From Guillardia theta CCMP2712 (taxonomy: Eukaryota > Protista > Cryptophyta), in contig NW_005434568.1 of assembly GCF_000315625.1 (NCBI RefSeq), forward strand, positions 151,965 to 215,964: DNA of 64,000 nt, given 5' to 3'. This document shows, one piece after another, positions 59,533-64,000 of this stretch. The position numbers and the translations under genes are program-made. Below the pieces are notes generated by a model. The model was given only the letters and a program-made list of their open reading frames with translations. It was not told where the DNA came from and did not search any database. How positions within the stretch are numbered: the stretch's first letter is position 1; each line of letters opens with the position of its first letter.

Positions 59533-61334
59533 ATGCCGACGTTGGGAGCAGCTCAGAAGGGCCTCGTGCTCACAGCCTGTCTAACAGCCTGTCTGCTCTT
59601 CGTATTGATATCCGTTGCTCGCCAGCCTTCTTCGCTGCTGCAGACTGACCATGGGCTCTTGGACTACCAAGACGGCAAGACCAGCTTGAGTGACATCGCT
59701 GAGTACGTGCCGACGCCTCCCCGAGGCTCTTCGTCGTATGTGCAAGCGATTGCTACGGGAGCCCTTCCTCCCAACGCAGGGAAGGAGGCGGTGACTGCGG
59801 CAGATATATCTTGCTTCTTCCAGGGCAAGATCTTCTTGGACTTCATGAACATGTGCTGCAATACTCTCTACGTGTCTCCCTTCGACCAAGAGCTGCTGCC
59901 GATGGACTTCGCTCTCAGCCCGGTAGAGAAGCCCTACCAGCAAGGCCTTCCTTTCGGCGTTCGGTTCCGATACTGGGTGGGAAACTCCAACGACATCGTC
60001 TTCAATGGAGGGACCCAGAGGACGATAGAGTTCATCAACAAGTACTTCGGCTATGAGCTCAAGACTGTCGCTGCATCCTCCAAGTTTGTCCGCAAGTTTC
60101 ATGCCGATGACAACGGAGAGCCGGACGAGGGCGTGCTGGACAGCATGGTCCATGCGCTTGCTCGCCTGCCGGAGGAGCTGCCATTGTACGAGGGCATGAC
60201 GGTGGTCGACGTCGCTTCCCTTCCTCCTGCCTCGGCCGTAATCTTCGACAACGTGCCCAAGGGGACGCACAAGTACAAGTCACAATGCTCGAGCAATGGC
60301 TGCTTCCTCGACGCTTCGGGGGTGGAGGGAGTAGCGAGCCCGATGTTCAAGATCAAGTACTGCGAGGCGAGGGATCCTGAAGCTCGCATCAACGCTGGTC
60401 TCCCTGTCAAGGTGGAGCCGCAGGACTGCGGGAAGCTCTTGGACGAGTACAATTTGAGCTGCAAGTGTGGGCACATCATCTTCCTGGGATGGACGTGGCC
60501 GGAAGCTGAGCTCAACATTTGGGACAAGCCTCTGCTCTTCATCGACGACAGAGCGCCAGGAGCTTGTGACGTGGCTGATGCTCCGGCTCAGCCCATGCCG
60601 GCCGTGCAGCCTCGTGCCACGGCAGCTCCAGCTGAGCTGGACCCGGAGGCCGCCTGCCGCGACTCGCCCTCGTACGATGCGGCGGCTCAGCACTGGTACT
60701 ACTGGCAGGAGGCATCGGAGGGCGGAAAAGTCAAGATGGTGCGACACTGGTGCCCTTCTGCATGGGTCCCCCAGGTGCGTAGACCTCTTTCTCGTTTCGC
60801 TTTCCTCTGTTTCCTCCTTTTCTTCTGCTTTCTCTTCTCTTCTCATATCCCCCTAATCCTCCTATTTCGTTCCCCGTCGCAAGTTCTGTGCTTCTACTCC
60901 CCTTCCTCAACCCCTCTCCCCGCTCCCTTCCTGCCTTTAGCCCCTCTCACCCTTCCGAGCAGGAGATGTGGTACAAGTACCAGCGGTATCTCCCGCGGAC
61001 GTCCAACAACCTTCCTCCTCCTCCCATCAACGACTTCGACTTTCTCAACTCCTTCGCGCGCGACTACTACTCGAGGAGCAGAGCCAAGTCGAGGAGAGAC
61101 GCCAACGTCAAGACCTTCGACGACTGGAGGATGGGGAACCATGTAGCTCGCCTCAAGTACCCGACGAGCAGGAGGGAGGAAGGAAACGAGCAGCAGGCTC
61201 CTCTTGACGCCTGGAACATGGGGAAGATGCGCTGCTCGGGCTCCGACTGCTTCGACGTGTCGCATCATAGCGGACAGCACGCCAACGGCGTCCAGCCCTA
61301 CGATGACTACGCAATGATGGGAGGAGGGCGATGA
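59533..61334 (+). CDS. Hypothetical type II membrane/secreted protein; one intron 60775-60963
   Basis: Signal anchor LVLTACLTACLLFVLISVA, long high-complexity ORF, in-phase last exon EMWYKYQRYLP...MMGGGR*. Confidence 0.8.
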
Positions 61335-61649
61335 AGTGGAGGCAGGTGCTGGGAATAAGGGGGTTAGTGGAGGAGGAGCAAGGGAATGCAAGTTGTTTCA
61401 CTACTGCACGTTGTCTTTCTTGGCAGTACCCATACCATCATCGTCTCCTCTGCTGTTCACTTCAATACCATCATCGTCTCCTCTGCTGTTTCACTTCAAT
61501 TCCTTTTGTCTTCTTTCCGCCGTGAATCTCCTCGGAACCTCTTCCGATCTTCTTGTCTACCCCCTCCCTTCTTCCCTGTGTTTCATCCTCCTGCTTGTCC
61601 CGAACGCTCCTCCTCCTCTTTCTCCTTCCCCTACCGTTGCTGCAGCCGT

Positions 61650-63927
61650 CAAGTGTTCAGGCGAGGATTACGTCCTTGCGAGCGGAGAAAGAATGAGTCG
61701 AGAAGTTTCTGCGAGAGCAGCATCTCCTTCCCGACCTCCTTCAGCTGCTCCTGCGTTACCTGGAAAGTTTTCACGATTTGTGAGAGCTCGGAACAGAAGG
61801 AGGACGAAGACAAGAAGGGGGAGGAAATGCGGAGGAGGAGGAGGTGGTGGTGGTGTGAGGCCGAAGGGGTAAAGGGAGGATGAGGAGGGTCACCAAATCT
61901 CCTGAATACGTTCGGCGAAGATTTTCTAGTCCTGGGAATGAAGTGTAAGAGGACGAAGAGAGTTGAGGAGGGGCAAAGGGGAGGGCTTGGGTTGTCAAAT
62001 GACAGAGCGAGGAGAGACGAGGGAGGACGAGGGAGGAGGACGAGAAGAGAGGAGAGAGGAGAGGAGGAAGAAGAGGGACGAAGGAGAGGGAAGAAGAGGG
62101 ACGAAGGAAGAGTTCACCTCTGCAAGCGTCGCTGATTATTCTTGACCATGCAGGAAATTCATCGACCGAGCTGTTTCCTTCTTCTGCTCACGAGCCTTCA
62201 AAGGCAGAAAGCTCTTTTCTCTCCTCCCCCCTCCCTCCACACCTCTACCTCTTGCCCCCTCCCTCCTCTCTCCTCCCCTCCCCTTCCCTCACCGACAGCA
62301 ATGATGCTCTTCTCAATGTGGCTGCGGACTCGGCGGTTGAACGTTCGAGCCCACTCGACCGTCACCTCCCTGCTCTGCTCCAGCTCATCCCCAGCTGGTC
62401 TGCAAGAGTCCTCACCTGCTTCTTCATGAAGCGCGAGAAACCCCCGGACACGCTGGGAGATTGTCGGCGGATCTTCTGCTCCTCAACGCACACCTTGTCG
62501 CCCTCCTCCAGCGAGCCCTGGCGCGCGTCATGAGCAGCGCCAGCAGGTATGAAGAGTTTGGGGGGAAGTGTGATATGATATCGCACAAGGGAACGCAGGA
62601 ACAGAGACAACAGGGGAAAACAGAAGGGGATGAGGATGGCGAGCAATCTGGAGAGGAGGAAAGCACGCGCAAGAGCGAACGAGAAACAAGGTTGGGACGA
62701 GGAGGAGGACGAGATCGAGACCAAGATCAAGAGGGAGGGCTTCAGAGAGGTGTAGAAATCTTCATGCTGAGAAAGAGACTTCGACCCTGCTGGCAAAATA
62801 TGAGCAAAGCATCAAAGAAAGATTCTCTGCTGATTTTGCTCCTACATCACTCAAAATGCTCTCCTTTTTCTCCCCATTCCTTCGCTCCACTTTCTGTGCA
62901 ATTTCTCCCTCCTGCTCCTTACCTCCTTGTTTGTCTTGGAACTCTGGCAGATCCTCTCCGAGAATCGCTGGTTCCAGGTAAGAAGAAGGCTCCCAAAGAG
63001 CTGGTTGACAAAAGGGGCAGCAGAAGGAGGAGAAGTAGGAGATAGGACTGTCTCAACCTGAGAGGGCGGAGGTGGAGGCGGGTGGTGGTGGAGGAAGGCC
63101 AGCATGATCAGACGCCGACAGAATCCCTTTTCGCTTGCTCGTGCTCTGTTCTCCTTTCTCATCTTCTACCCCCTCGACCGCGTCTGGTCTGGTTTTTGCT
63201 TCTTCCACTTGCCTCTTTCGAAGCTCCTCCGTGCGAGCCTCATCCTCCTCTTTCCGTCTTGCGATCTTGATTTTCAACTCGTCCTTCCTTGCCAGCTCTT
63301 CTTCTGTCAAGCTCTGTCCTCCAATCCCCCTAAGTTCCAGCAGCCGGTGCTCCTGCTCCTCTCTGTGCTGCTCAGCCCACTGGAACCACGTCTTGCCTTG
63401 AGGGAGGAGGACGAAGGTATGTTTCTTGCTCCCAACCATCACCACTTGATCGCCCAGCCACATCACCTCCGTGGACTTTTCTCTTCCGTTTTCCTCCCCC
63501 TCTTTGCACATGGTGAGAGTTCCTGTCTCCCCTTTCGGGATCACGTGCATTGCCGTCCTTCCCACCCTTGTAATTCTCGCGCTCTCCGCGTCCATGGCCT
63601 CAAGCCTCGCCACGAACTGCAGCGAAGGAGAGGGGTCAGAAATGCTGAGGTTAAAGATGCCGAAGACAGGGAACCATGGCACGAACGAGATGAGCTTGTC
63701 GAGAGAAGGCAAGAGGAGAGGGGGAAAAGATAACGGAGGGGAAGGGAGGGGAAGGAAACAGATGAGCAGAGGAACCAGGGCGGATACAAGAGATAAGACA
63801 CCTTTGAAAGCTTCTTGTCTTCCTTGTCGATCTCATTTCTTCCGAACACAAGCTTCTTCCCAATGGCACAGGTCACTTGGCCCGATGCCGTCCGGTGATC
63901 ATCATCAGGAATCAGCGAGAGAGACAT
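61650..63927 (-). CDS. Protein with N-terminal FHA domain (PNKP/aprataxin/APLF-like type), coiled coil and unassigned C-terminus; 3' end approximate
   Basis: LVFGRNEIDKEDKKLSK|FVARLEA..ARITRVGRTAMHV...LGDQVVMVGSKKHTFVL resembles the GR...D..SR FHA_2 pattern. Further small exons lie at 61650-63000. Confidence 0.55.
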
Positions 63928-64000
63928 AGTCCATCAAGTTTGGTACACTACCGGCAAGGTTATATTGTAATCACAAAAATCCTTCCCCCGCCCCCCCCCC

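Noticed and set aside
1-64000. rRNA, tRNA or recognisable snRNA genes
   Set aside because: None recognised by eye; a tRNAscan-SE or Infernal run would be needed to exclude them.

Overview
Eukaryotic nuclear DNA, gene-dense and intron-rich (mostly ~45-60 nt GT-AG introns, microsatellite-filled introns, five N gaps). The style suggests a cryptophyte alga such as Guillardia theta, but that is an inference. The ORF track misses most real genes because they are spliced, so I rebuilt them by hand. Left to right: (1) a Ty1/copia pol region (linker, Tudor-like domain, RT, RNase H) interrupted by a 2.6-kb element with perfect 23-bp terminal inverted repeats and an apparent 1-bp target duplication; (2) a membrane-anchored TylF-type O-methyltransferase; (3) a YeeE/YedE sulfur transporter; (4) a TKL kinase; (5) a small membrane protein; (6) a type II transmembrane collagen with coiled coil and Cys-rich tail; (7) a divergent AIF-like flavoprotein; (8) the most striking gene, a voltage-sensor-like 4-TM domain fused to a VSP-type PTEN phosphatase/C2 and a CNB-GRAM-CNB module, with a GC-AG intron inside the catalytic P-loop; (9) a dynamin/mitofusin-like protein with degenerate GTPase motifs; (10) a probably plastid-targeted DUF861 cupin; (11) an orphan ORF; (12) a beta-helix plus histidine-phosphatase fusion with an aspartate-aminotransferase exon stranded in an intron; (13) SPT16; (14) U2AF1; (15) a type II membrane orphan; (16) an FHA-domain gene. 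Intergenic DNA recurrently contains extremely GC-rich, palindrome-dense islands and GGGTA/TACCC-rich tracts upstream of gene starts. All exon coordinates are manual and need RNA confirmation.
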